Origin: Octopus vulgaris
Taxonomy: Eukaryota
Reading direction: 5' to 3'
Assembly (NCBI GenBank): GCA_951406725.2
Contig: OX597815.1
Coordinates: 68,262,001 to 68,326,000, forward strand
Length of the DNA: 64,000 nt
Both the position numbers and the translations under genes were made by a program. How positions within the stretch are numbered: the stretch's first letter is position 1; every line of letters starts with the position of its first letter. The notes beneath the pieces are model-generated. The model was given only the letters and a program-made list of their open reading frames with translations. It made no database searches and was not told the origin of the DNA. Below are positions 51,320-64,000 of the stretch, piece by piece.

Positions 51320-53090
51320 ATTATCATCATGGCATGGGCAGGACGATTTGACCAGGACTAGCAAGCTGGAAGGCTCCAGTCTGTTTTGGCATGGTTTCTA
51401 TAGCTGGATGCCCTTCCTAACACCAACCTGAGAATGTAATGGGTGCTTTTATGTACCACCAGCATGACACTGGTATCTGCCATCACTGTAGTTTTACTTG
51501 GATTGATGGGTCTTCTTCTCAAGCACAGCATGTCAAATGGACTTGATCATTGTCTCCATGAGGACCAATGCTTGAAAGGTGCTTTTATGTACCACCAGCA
51601 TAGGTGCCATTTGTGTGACTGGTATCTGCCATGAATGTGATTTTACTTGGCTTGATGGGTCATCTCAAGCACAACATAATGTCAGAGGTCTTGGTCATTG
51701 CCTGTGTGAGGCCCAAAGTTCAAAGATAATACTTCACCACCTCATCCCATGTCTTCCTGGGTCTACCTCTACCATGGCTGTCCTTGTCCATATGCATCAC
51801 ATAACCATACCAGCATATTCGTCTCTCTTGCACAACACATCTGATACCTCTTATACCTAATGTTTCTCTCAAGATGCTTACATTCTGTCAAATTTGCACA
51901 CTAACATTGTACATCCAGCGAAGCATACTGACTTCATTTCTTTCAAGCCTACACATGTCCTCAGTTGTCACAGTCCCTGTTTCACTGCCATGTAGCATAG
52001 CTGTTCTCACACAGGCATCATACAATCTGCCTTTCACTCTGAGAGGGAGGCCCTTTGTTGCCAGTAGAAGCAGGAGCTTTCTAAACTTTGCCCAGCCTAA
52101 TCTTATTTTCACAGCTATGCTCTCAGAGCATAGACCTCCACTTGATCACCTAGATAATGGAAGCTATCTACTACCTCTAGCTTACCCCCATGGCAGTTGA
52201 TGGAGGCTATTTTCTATACATTTTTGGTGTTTATTATACCTGTGCATCTGCCACACATAAAAGCTGTTTTCCCTGTTAAACTTCCTCTGATGTTGCTGCA
52301 CCTTTTATGTGTCCAAATCTTACACTGGATGTTACTACCTACACCTTTTCTACAGATTGAGCAGGGCCATCTACCTGAAGGGATTTGTGATTTGTCTGCC
52401 TTTTTACTTTCTAAGACTTTGGTTTTTCTAAGTTAACTCAAAGGCCCTTTGATTCTAGACCTTGCTTCCATACCTGGAACCTCTTCTCTAGTTCTGGTAG
52501 TGATTCAGCTATATAAGAACAAGGTCATCAGTATAGAGGAGCTCCCAGGGGCAGCCTGTCTTAAATTCCTGTTATTGTCTGCAGGACTATGATGAAGAAG
52601 GGGCTTAAGATTGATCCTTAGTGAACCCTTACTTGCACCCTGAATTCTTCACTGTACTCGTTGCCGATCCTCACCTTACTTGCGGTGTCACTGTACATGG
52701 GTTGTACAGCTCTCACCAGCCACTTGTCTATCCCTAGTTTCTGTATTGACCACTAGATAAGGGATCGGGGGATCTTGTCAGAGCTTTCTCCAAGTCAACA
52801 AAAGCTAAGCACAAAGGTTTATCTTTGGCTATGTATTTCTATTGCAGCTGCCATACCAGAAATATAGCATTAGTGGTGCTTCTCCCTGCACAAAACCAAA
52901 CTGCATCACATCTAGACTAACTCTCTCCCTAATTAGTTGAGCTACGACTCTCTGTAACTTTCATCACCTGTGTCAACAATTTGATACCTCTGTAATTATT
53001 TCTATCTAAGGCATCACCTTTACCTTTGTATCAGTTGACTATGGTGCTGCTACACCAGTCATTGGGTATGACTCCTTCATGAATCACCTG
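51320..53090 (-). mobile_element. RTE LINE copy (RT to 3' UTR), decayed
   Basis: Collinear with 26124-28340: WAKFRKLL...LRVKGRLYDACVRTAMLHGSET, YTDD-equivalent, PHD-like insert, QFGF. Confidence 0.9.
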
Positions 53091-53899
53091 ATAATAAAAT
53101 AGTGATGTGTAGTTCATAAAAGTATTGAAAGTAAAGATAGTGATGACATAACATCGAGTGTTCCTTGCAGTAAAAATTTTTTATACCTAACAAAACTGCA
53201 TCCATGTGTCTAGTGGGCACATACTAAATACCTGTTACCTAACAAAACTGGTGGACAGACCAATAGAGTACTTATGCATGTTGTTGGGTGAAATCAGTTT
53301 GCTGCCAAGTATTATTTTAGTATACAATACTATCGTCTTCACTTTAACTATGCTGTGATTATTCATGTGATATGCAATGGTGATCATACTATACTCATCA
53401 CTAACTCCCACCATTGACTAGAACTGCTATCATCCATCCTGTTGATTTCAGAAACCCATAGCAACAACTTCTCAATTAGCATTGTGGAAGGTATCTACTA
53501 GAAAAGTGCATATTCCATGCTGTAAAATACAGTAAATGATATTGAGAATCAAGTGGTATTGCTTTGCACTAAGTGTTATTATTAAGACACAAACCATTGA
53601 TTCTATAGCCAGTTATCTAGTTCTTCCTTATTGATTTGCCCCAGCTGTGATCTTACTGGCATGTTTAGAGAGAGAGAAAGCGTGACAAACTTTATTTGAA
53701 TTGGAAATTTATGGATCAGCTTGCTAAATTTTTCCAAATTTTTATTTTTGTCAGTAGGTTTGATTGCATTTGTTTAAATTAATTTCAGTTCAGGGTTGCA
53801 ACTAATAAGCTAAAGACAGTTGCGATTTCCAGGTAGTTGGATCTCATTCAGCTCTAGTGTTGTCAGAACTGCGATACTTAATCAGACATATATATATAT

Positions 53900-54362
53900 G
53901 CAAGAGAGACAAGTGCACTAGTATGGTCATGTGATGCATATGGACAAGGACAGCTGTGTAAAGAAGTGCCAATCTTTAACTGTGGAGGGAACCTATGGAA
54001 GAGATAGAGCCAGGAAGACACAAGATGGAGTGGTGAAGCAGGATCTTCAAAATTTGGGCCTCACAGATGCAATGACTAGTGACCAAGACCTTTGGCGATA
54101 TGCTGTGCTTGAGAAGACCCATCAAGCCAAGTGATATCATAGTTGTGGCTGATGCTAGTGTCACATAACTGACACCCATGCTGGTGGCACGTAAAAAGCA
54201 CCTTTCAAGTGTTCGGCCTCATAGAGGCAATGACAAGACTTTTGGTGTTATGTTGTGCTTGAGAAGAAGACCCATCAAGCCTAGTAAAATCGCATTTGTG
54301 GCAGATACCACTGTCACACAAATGGCACCTGTGCTGGTGGCACATAAAAGCACCTTTCAAGC
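53900..54362 (+). mobile_element. RTE LINE 3' fragment
   Basis: MHMDKDSCVKKCQSLTVEGT...LWRYAVLEKT plus 3' UTR repeats; inverted relative to 51430-51830. Confidence 0.85.
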
Positions 54363-56475
54363 AATGGGGATATGATGACCTAATTTCCTTCTACAACACA
54401 AAAAGTCAATTACTCATTGTGTTAGGGGTCATAGCTTTTATATGAATCATAACACCGAGCTAAAACCTTCAGAGTTACTACATGTATTAGACCTTACAAT
54501 TGCTAATTTCTTGTACTTCACAGATATCACTTTTGTTGCCTCGCTTATCACTACTGCAGTGACTTCTGCTATTCTGATCTAGCAGGTTTCAGGTTACCTC
54601 CTATCTAGCTCTATCCTCATTTGTTTCTCTGTTATTGTGAAAATACGTGTGTGTGTGTGTATGTGCGCATGCATATCAGTTCATCATCATCATCATCGAA
54701 CATGTGAATGTATAGCTGTTTCTGTGTACAAGAGATTTTATTATGTTTGTTTTATGTCTGTTTCTCCATGCCAACAGGAGTTAGATAAATATATATTATC
54801 GAGACACTGTTTTACAGTCAGATGACCTTGTTGTTGCAAAACCTTACCTAGAGGATATTTTATTTCTCACAACTTTGAAAGCTTAGAGCTAGTGGACAAT
54901 TTGTTCACTGAAAAATGACAACAAAGTACTTGTAGCTCAATACTTTATCATTTAAAACACACAGGATGTAAGCATTCACACAGACATACATGCATGCACT
55001 TATTCATATCCTTTCACACACACATGGTGGACTTCGTGTCATTTCTGTCTACCAAATTCACTCACAAGGTATTGGTTGGCCAGTAGCTACAGTGGAAAAT
55101 ACTTGCCCAAAGTGCTGTTCAGTAAAATTAATCCCGAAGCCACGTGATTGAGAAACCATCTTCTTAACCACAAATGTGAAAAAGAAAACCTGCTTTGAAA
55201 AGTATCTTTAGGAACTTGAAAAAATGTGATCAGATTTGACATGTGATATTGAGGATTTATTTTAATGCCTTGTGAAATTCTCTTAGTGATGTCCGAGTTC
55301 AAGAAGTTCAGATGTGCTATTTATTGGAAGCTTGCTGATGTTTCCCATGAATATTCATGAAACAATGGTTACTGACTCGGTTTAAAGAACATCACATCAA
55401 GTTAGAAGATACTTTGCATTTAGTAGCTAAGATCAAACATTTTCATGTTATATTCTCTATAGTTTGTACCTTGTTACATGTTGAATATTTTCTGGTGGTG
55501 TTAGGGGTAAAATATTTTACAAATTTTTAGAATGTAACTATATTTTCCCTGAAAACAATAATCATCATAATTTTAATGTCCACTTTTCCATGTCTATGTG
55601 GATCAGATGGGATTTTGTTCAGGTGGATTTTCTATGACTAGATGCTCTTCCTGTTGCTAATCCTCAACTGCTTCCAAGCAAGGTAATAATTTGGCATTGC
55701 CAGACATGTTTTCAAAAAAGATTAGAAACAAAAGACACTGCTTGCATGACAGTGACACATAATGTCAAGGCAAAGAGACAGTAACACATACACACACACA
55801 CATACACCAGCACATCAGGTTTCTTTCAGTTTCCATCTACCACATCCATTCACAAGGTTTTGGTCAACTTGGAACTATAGTGGAAAACACTTGCCCAAGG
55901 TGCCATGCAGAGGGACTGAATCCAGAGCTATGTGGTTGGGAAGCAAACTTCTTACCATAGATCTGCTTCTTTATTATAAATGAAAAAAAATTGAAGAGGT
56001 AAAAGGAATACATTACAATGTAATTTTAAGAGATATGGTTTACAGTAATGAAAGATATAAAAGATTAAAATAATCTTAATATTATTAAAGAAAGAAAAAA
56101 AGTCACTTCACTCCATATAAGTAATATAAAATTGTTGTTGAGCATAGCAATATCTATGATATATCTTTGTAAAGCTCCTTCAAATGTAAATCATTATTGG
56201 CAAGCATATTTCAATCCATTGTTAAAAGAGAAGGTACTTAGTCTATGCTATTGAATTGCAACTGTATCAGTTGAAAGCTTAAATAGTAAGTAGAATTTGA
56301 AGAGACCAGAGATGACTTGCATCAGCAAGCAAGGTTCTGTTCGATAAATAGATAAATATAAAAAAGAAGGAAAAATTTGACATAATAGTGTGCTAGAGAA
56401 GAAAAATTAGGTAATGTTTCAGATAGTACTTTTCCATCAAAGAAAAACGTTAAAAAAGTAGAGTAAGTCTATAAA

Positions 56476-56635
56476 GGCATAGGAGTGGCTATGTGGTAAG
56501 TAACTTGCTTACCAACCACGTGGTTTCAAGTTCAGTCCCACTGCGTGGCATCTTGGGCAAGTGTCTTCTACTACAGCCTCAGGCTGACCAAAGCCTTGTG
56601 AGTGGATTTGCTAGACGGAAACTGAAAGATGCCCG

Positions 56636-56697
<62 letters not shown>

Positions 56698-56885
56698 CTG
56701 TATTTGTCACCCCCAACATCACTTGACAACTGATGCTGATGTGTCTAAGTCCCTGTAACTTAGTGGTTTGGCAAAAGAGATCGATAGAATAAGTACCAGG
56801 CTTAGAAAGAATAAGTCCTGGGGTCGATTTGCTCGACTAAAGGCGGTGCTCCAGCATGGCCACAGTCAAATGACTGAAACAAGTT
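56476..56885 (+). mobile_element. Relatively intact tRNA/CORE-type SINE
   Basis: A-box-like gtggctatgtggtaag, B-box-like gttcagtccc, CORE-like ttgggcaagtgtctt, internal (TG)/(TA), and tail ggcggtgctccagcatggccacagtcaaatgactgaaacaag. Confidence 0.85.
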
Positions 56886-57114
56886 AGAGTAAATACTACT
56901 TATAATAATTCTTTCTAATTTTGGTACAAGGCCAGCAATTTTGAAAGGTTGGGGAAGCTAATTATTTTGTCAACAGTACTGAACTGGTACTTATTTTACT
57001 AAGAGGATGAAAAATAGTCGACCTTGGTGATGTTAGAACACAGATCATAAACCAAGAAGAAATGCTATAAGCATTTTGTTCGGTGCATAAATGATTCTGT
57101 CTGCCAGCATGCTG

Positions 57115-59240
57115 TCATAGAGACTACAAAAAGGCTTATGATATGGTGCCTCATAGCTGGATAGGGAAATGTATGGAAATATTTGGAGTGGCAGAGAATG
57201 TGCAAAGATTGCTAAAAAGATGTAGGAAATCCTGAAAAACAAAATTTACATCTGTAGGAAAATAATTGGGTACAATGGACATCAGAAGAGGAATATTTCA
57301 GGGAGATAGTCTCTCATTACTTTTGTTTGTGCTGATATTAATACCTCTGTCAATAGATTTTAGATGTGTTAAAGCAGAAAATGATTTGGGAAATGGAGTA
57401 GGAGTGGTTAGCCACCTGCTATAAATGGATGATTCAAAGATTTATGGGCAAAATGAAGATCAACTTGGCATCCTGGTGAACACAATAAGAATCCTCAATA
57501 ATGACATAGGCATGGAATTTGGAATTTTGATACTGAAGAGAGGAAAAGTAAAGCAGAGTCAAGGTCTTGGACTACCTAATAATCAGGTAATGAAAAGTTT
57601 AGAAAAAGGTGAAGGATACAGGTTTTTGTGAATTTTGGAATCAGATACCATCAGAAACAGAAATGAAGGAATCAAATGGATGCTGAAATCTAAATTAAAT
57701 TCTGGAAACATTGTAGAGGCAATAAATTCAAGAGCTGTATCAATTGTGAGATACATGGCAGGTCTTGTGAATTGGGACTGCATGATATTGAATGAAGAGC
57801 TTGGAAAATAATGACAATGTACAAAGTTTAGCATAAAAAGACAGGTGTGGACAGGCTGTACATGAAACATAAAAATGGAGGAAGGGGGATTGATCAGTGT
57901 AGAGGATTGTGTGAACATGGAAGTGAAAAGTTACAATCAACATGTTAACAAAAGCACTGAAGAATTGCTAGCAGTAGTAAGCAATAAAAACATACTACAA
58001 GGGCACACAAAAGATGATGTATTTGAAATAAAAAAGCAAAGTTATATGGAAAAACATTTACACACTCAATTTTTGAAGAATACTGAGGTGGAAAGAGGCA
58101 ACGGCACTTGGAATTGGTTGTAAAAGGAATTCTCAAAAAAGAGACAGGAGGATTGATCATGGCAGCTCAGGATCAAGTCCTTTGGACAAATAGTGTAAAA
58201 ATGTAGGGTAGGGATCAATGTGTTGCAATTGTGCAGGTTGTGCAATGAAGGAGAAGAAACAATAACCCACATATTAAGTGAATGTCTCAAACTCAGTCAG
58301 AAGCAGTAAAAACCTTGAAAACATGGTAAAGTTACAAAGATCATCCACTGGAAAATATATAACCAGTATGGACTTCCATCAGTGCACAAGTTGTGTGAAT
58401 ATGCACCTAAAAAAGTAACTGAGAATGATGAGGTTAAACTTTGAGACTTTGCTATCCATGTCCTAGAGCATAACAGACTAGATATCTTGGTGTTTGAGAA
58501 AAGGGAACAGATTTGCTGTATTATTGATGTGGCCTGTCCACTTGAGACAATTAAAAGAAATCAACAAGATAGACATAGGAGCAGGAGTGGCTGTATGGTA
58601 AGAAGCTTGCTTCCCAAGCACATGGTTGTGGGTTCAGTACCACTGCATGGTACCTTGGGTAAGTGTCTTCTACTATAGCATCAGGTTGACCGAAGCCTTG
58701 TGAGTGGATTTGGTAAACAGAAACTGAAAGAAGCCCGTCATATATCTTTGTGTCTGTTTGACCCCATCACCACTTGACAACTGGTGTTGGTGTGTTTACA
58801 TCTCTGTAACTTAATCGTTCAGCTAAAGAAACTAATAGAATAATAAGTACTGGGGTCAATTCATTTTACTAAAAATTCAAGGCGGTGCCCCAGCACGGCC
58901 ACAGTCTAATGATTGAAACAGGTAAAAAGATAAAAAGAAGATATTCCAGTTCCCAAAGAAAGAGATAAGCAGATTGTGGGGTTGCAGAAAAAGTGAAGTT
59001 GTACCAATTGTCATTGGACTCTTAGGAGCAACAGGGAAGAGGCTCAAGGTGTGGACAGAAAAGATTGGTTTGCAGAAGTACATAGAATACATGCAAATGA
59101 CATGGTGAAGATAATTTGAAAGTTCTTGGGTGGCTGAGGTTAGAGGTGCTGACTTGTTATCCAAGAGTAAACCCACCTACACTCCATCAGAGGGGGTGAG
59201 AGACAAAGCATTTTGAAATACGTAAATTAATGATAATAAT
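57115..59240 (+). mobile_element. R4/Dong-like non-LTR retrotransposon (RT, CCHC finger, restriction-like endonuclease), decayed, interrupted by a SINE at ~58575-58935
   Basis: DYKKAYDMVPHSWI, RRGIFQGDSLS, HLL*MDD, GMEFG, GGLISVEDC, CRLCNEGEETITHILSEC, IIDVACP, VPIVIGLLGA. Confidence 0.85.
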
Positions 59241-59634
59241 GGTTTCAAATTTTGGCAGGAGAATAGTAATTGCATGAGCAGGTGGGACTTAGTCAATACA
59301 ATTGACCCCAATACTTGACTGATACTTTATTGTATTGACCCTGGAGAGATGAAAGGCAAAGATAACCCTGGCAGAATTTGAATTCAGAGCATAGTATGTC
59401 AGAATTATTGCTGGGCATTTTGTTGCTTGCTCCCATTATAATAATAATTCTTTCTAAATTTGGTACAAGGACAGAGTAAGTGGATTATTTTTACACCAGT
59501 GTTTATTTTATCGATCCTAAAGGGATGAAAGACAAGGTTAACCTCAGTGGAATTTGAACCCAAATGGTAAAACCAGAAGAAATTCCTACTAAGCATTTTG
59601 TCCAACATGCTAACAATCCTACCAGCTTACCACC

Positions 59635-59670
<36 letters not shown>

Positions 59671-61244
59671 GTAGTAGTAATAATAGTAATAATTTAATGT
59701 CCCCTTTTACATGCTGACATGAGTTGGAAGGTTTAACAAGGACAGAATAAACCAGAGGGTTGTCTGCTTTGGCATGGTTTCTACAGCTGTATACCCTTCC
59801 TAATATCAATCACTTAAGATTGTACTACATGCTTTTTATGCGGCACAAGCACTAGTGAGGTCACCAAGTACCTGCAATATAAGATCCTTCAACTGAGTGG
59901 GGTATAGAATAAAGGGATAGGAAACTATGATAGAGGACTGGAGCAGTTGTCTTGCTAAGGAGGTGAATACATAGCTTCCCCACGTGAAAAGGGAGAGAAA
60001 AGAGATGTACGGTCCAGGAGCAAGGTGAATATGAGACAGAATAAAGTAGATTCTACCAGCTGAATAATAATACAGGAATTGAAGGATTAAAGAATAAAAT
60101 AGTGTATAAGAGTAACTAAGAAGAAAAACTAGAATAAGAAGGGAGATAGAAATTATGAGGAAATTAAAGTTAAATAAAAATCAGACAGTAGGAAAACATG
60201 GTACGGGTTAGTGACAATTGTTTTTGGTAGAGCTCTTCATTGGTCTCTCTGCTCCTTCTCACTGAATAATTAACATTACTTATCATCTATTTGTGAAAGG
60301 ATCTGTGGCTTAACAAAGGAAAGAATAATGTTCAAAAATTGAACAATTTTTTTTTTTTAATTATACTTATTTGGCAAATGATTTGTTATAAGATTGTCAT
60401 CCTCATCTGGCATTGGTTGAGCAGCTTGACAGGATCCAATGAAATGGAAGACTGCGTCAATCTCTAATATCTGCTTTGGCATGGTTTCTATAGCTGGCTG
60501 CCCTCATAATTCAGTCATTTTGCAGTATATATTGCAGAATGTATTGTTTTTCATAACACTGGCACGAAAGAGATTAAGGAACTTGCAAGATGAAGAAAAA
60601 GAAACTTTGACTGAGTGGGGTTTGGACTAAAGCCATATTGCATTGTGCAATAAGAAGTGCAGTAACATTGTGTGTATGGGTTAAGATGAAATAGTATATA
60701 GCTAATAAGCACCCCAGAGATCAATCACCCAAAAAAAAAAATAATAATAATAATGGCATTTCAAGTCTTGACTATTGGGATTGACTTAAAAAGTTAAAAT
60801 GTCGTTCTGTCCAGTGTCTCTAGGTGCTGCATCATTTGTACAATTTGAAAAATATTTCATCAACACTGTCCAAATGATGCCAGTATCAAGTTCACAAGTT
60901 ACTCAAGGTCTTTCCTGCTCATCTCTTGTGCCATATGCTCCTTACAAAATTGAGTTCACACAACAAAACATTATGATGCAACTTTTTTTGTTATGTCAGT
61001 ATTCCAAAATATATAACATTCAAACAGTACCTTGACAAATTCCTCCAAGAAATTACAGATAAACTACTGACCCCCAGATACATCTTAGCAAACAACAACT
61101 CCCTATTCAAGTAGGCTACAAAATATAATTTGAAAGACTAAAACTTTAGCTGGTTCAATAATGGCCTAAATCTAAAATAGATATGCAGTTAAAATGGGCA
61201 GGTGCCTTGTGAAAGAAAGATATAAAAATGATTTGGATGATGTA

Positions 61245-61880
61245 CAAGGGGTGTTCATTAAAGATTTCCCCTGACTCACTTCCAGTTATTGCAGGAAATA
61301 GAACTTGTACAGGTATAATCATACATATCTCTATATGTCACATTGTAAATAGCAGCTTTCCACTAGTATTCGTTTGTCTTTTATGGTTACTGAAGTGGCC
61401 TAAGATCTTATAATGAAGGCAGTTGAATGCAGATCAGTGATCAGGTTCTTGAAAGGTCATACACCAAAAGGGACTTTTGATGAGCTGAAAGAAGTTTATG
61501 ATGACAATGCACCATCATACGACGTAGTCAAGCACTGGCATCACCATTTCAAATGTGGTTGGACATCTGGAAATATGGTCAATGGAAACTTCTCTTCCTG
61601 GATGACCACATTCCACCATAGATGACGACACCATCCATAAAGAGGGACCCACCATTTTGGAGGATTGCTGCGTAACTATTCGGCAACTAGCCAAGGAGGA
61701 CTTTTTCAGCAGACTTATCACACAAGATGAAACATGGCTCCATCACTAAGTGCCAGAAACTAAAGTCCACTAGAAGCAATGTAAACGTAACTCACCAATT
61801 CAAAAGAAGGCTCATGTACAACCCTCAGCAGGCAAGGTGATGCTCACTATCTTTTGGGCCCCATGTGGAGTAGTGATGAA
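61245..61880 (+). mobile_element. mariner transposon relic (5' half)
   Basis: TA|CAAGGGGTGTTCATTAAAG end; RSVIRFL..TFDELKEVY..APSYDVVKHW..FK.G, ITQDETWLHH, SAGKVMLTIFW. Cut by a SINE at ~61880. Confidence 0.8.
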
Positions 61881-62463
61881 GAAGTCCATTGTTTATATAT
61901 GTGTGTGTGTCAGTGTCCATTCCTTTGTCTTGATATCACCTGATGGTTATAACTATCATACACGTGATGTAGTTCAATTCCATTCTTCCATTGAAGTACA
62001 TTCTGACTTGCAGAAATATTGCCTTGCTTGGAAACAAGTGAGGGTTGGCTACAAAAAAAAGTATCCAACCATAGAATATCTGCTTCAATGACTTCTGACT
62101 GACCCATACAAGCATGGACAAATGGAAATGATGATAATATTGTTAAATGCAAAAATTTACTTCCAGTTATTGTAATTGAGCCTTTATATTCTAGGTCATT
62201 ATTGAAATATAGATTGATAGAAAGTAAGCCTGATGCAGTATGCAGCAATCACTGATGTTAAAAAATACTTTTGACTACATGCTTCTCATAGTTTGTATAG
62301 AAAATCTATGATACTATTCATTGTGCAGTGGTAATCTCTAAAAAACAGTTATGACATCTGTTTACTATGTTTTATATTCATTCTTATTGAAGTCTTTACT
62401 TTTGAAACTATATCATCATATCTTACATATCTACTAAATGTTTGCTTTTTGTTTTCGTTTCAG

Positions 62464-62559
62464 ATACAATGATATTTTTGATGAAAAAATGGCTCGATTT
62501 TATCTCACAGAAATGGTCCTTGCTATTAACGCTGTCCATTCTTTGGGGTACATTCACAG
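62464..62559 (+). CDS. CIT: Citron Rho-interacting kinase-like, coding exon (subdomain VIa up to HR of HRD)
   Basis: Acceptor ttttcgtttcag|A; donor AG|gttagt at 62560. 96 nt, phase 2 to 2, in frame. (R)[31 protein letters not shown](R); the DIKPEN exon would lie beyond the window. Confidence 0.93.
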
Positions 62560-62799
62560 GTTAGTACAGTTGCTCAAATTTGTCTTTTATATTGATAAAG
62601 TCTAGAAACAATGAAGTGGGATAAAATTGCAAATAAGATAACTAAGAATTGTAGTGGATGAAATAAAAGAAAAATAATGTACTAGTAATCATCATCATCG
62701 TTTAACGTTCATTCTCCATGCTAGCATGGGTTGGACAGTTCGACCGGGGATCTGGGAAGCCAGAAGGCTGCACCAGGCTCCAGTCTTATCAGGCTGGTA

Positions 62800-63480
62800 T
62801 ATATTAGTTAATATAACCTTGAACAAGATGCCTTTCTCATGGATGGTCTTTGCATGGTTGTAGAGTGGGATAATGCTTGGCTGGTAAGTTTTAATCCTGG
62901 CAAGACAAAGCTTATGTTAATTAATCGCTATAAGCAACCATTTTTTCCCTCCAGTGTTATGGGCAGAGTTGATCTTCCAGAAAGCTAGAGTATCCAACTT
63001 TTTGACTTGACTTTGACCAAAGATATCTCATGGAATAAATCTGCTCAGTCCATTGTCATGTCGGCTGCCAAAGTTGGATCACTCTTCTGTGCTTGCAAAT
63101 TTCTTATACCTAAGAATATCTTCTGTCTCTATAAGCCCCACCATTTAACCTTGCATTGAATGTTGCTGTCATCTTTGGGCTGGTGCTTCCTCTCAGTCTT
63201 TAACTTGTTTGAATTCAGAATCAAGCTGTTAACATAGTGTGCCCACTTCTTTTTACTAGGCTGGAGTCTAGTACCCTTGTCATGACCTTTAAGCATGTTA
63301 CCCAGTTCTCTTCACAGTTGCATGGGTTTTCTGTTGCTTCCAGTTAGTCATAAGTCCTTTTATTGTAATAGCTTCTTTTCTCAAATGCTGCTCCCTGGAA
63401 CTCATTATCATCATCTTGTTTTCCTCTGGTCTATGATTTTTAATTCTTCTAGTCTTCTGTCAATCAACATCTTTTGAATT
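62800..63480 (+). mobile_element. Old CR1/L2/Jockey-group LINE RT C-terminal fragment
   Basis: WDNAWLVSFNPGKTKLML and LTLTKDISW-like motifs, with many stops. Preceded by a short RTE tail (62689-62790, - strand). Confidence 0.55.
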
Positions 63481-64000
63481 TGTTTTCCTCCTTCTTTTCC
63501 ATCTTTGTAGTACCTTATGCTACAGTGGCCTCAAACTTTGAGACAAAATCATATAAAAGTAAAATATAAAAGCCTTTATACATAAAGTGTTTATAATTAA
63601 GTGAAAGAGACAAAATGATAATTAATTACAAATCATTATATATCAAATGAAGTGGCTTCATTTCAGTTGGTTGGCATTTCAGTTCATTACCAGTTGGTTG
63701 GCAGTGTTTAAACTGGTCTGAGGTTGGTCTAGAAATTAGGGGTTTGCTGTTAAAAATCAAATCAGCACCCCACCAATAATTTATCTCAAGTGAAAAAGAT
63801 ATTTGTTGTTGGTGAATATTTAAAATGTGCCTAACTCTTTTGTTAATACCCAATATATTTCAAATTCTAAGTTTACTTGTCATTTAACTGTGTTGTCAAT
63901 ATTAAATAGCAAGTAAAATTTGAAAATTAAATCTCTTATGTATGTGATTTGCATCTGGATTAACAGAAGAGGCAGACACATTTGAAATATTCATCATCAC

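Noticed and set aside
56476-56550. tRNA-like A/B boxes
   Set aside because: Head of a SINE continuing into CORE-like sequence; not a tRNA gene.

Overview
AT-rich, CpG-poor, repeat-saturated animal genomic DNA. The SINE/RTE repertoire is what I recognise from Octopus/coleoid cephalopods; this assignment is inferred. The only host-gene sequence I can support is three spliced + strand coding exons (46726-46901, 50592-50740, 62464-62559). They join in frame to give the N-terminal half of the kinase domain of a citron Rho-interacting kinase (CIT/sticky)-like protein. No compatible upstream exon was found, so most of the window is probably intron. The rest is mostly decayed mobile DNA. DNA transposons: a full-length Buster-type hAT with 8-bp TSD, Tc1, mariner and Tigger relics, a Helentron-type HINE, and a ~5-kb long-TIR element that contains an RTE LINE and a Helitron. 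Retroelements: two Penelope-like elements, one with inverted pLTRs and a candidate U3-A8 minimal hammerhead ribozyme; several RTE copies with a PHD-like finger inserted inside the RT; an R4/Dong-like RLE LINE; and many SINEs. There are also many microsatellites. Several strong hairpins are not explained by these, notably a pre-miRNA-like stem just upstream of the first CIT exon's branch point. Most ORFs in the supplied track are spurious or TE fragments. Repeat boundaries are approximate unless a TSD/TIR is quoted.
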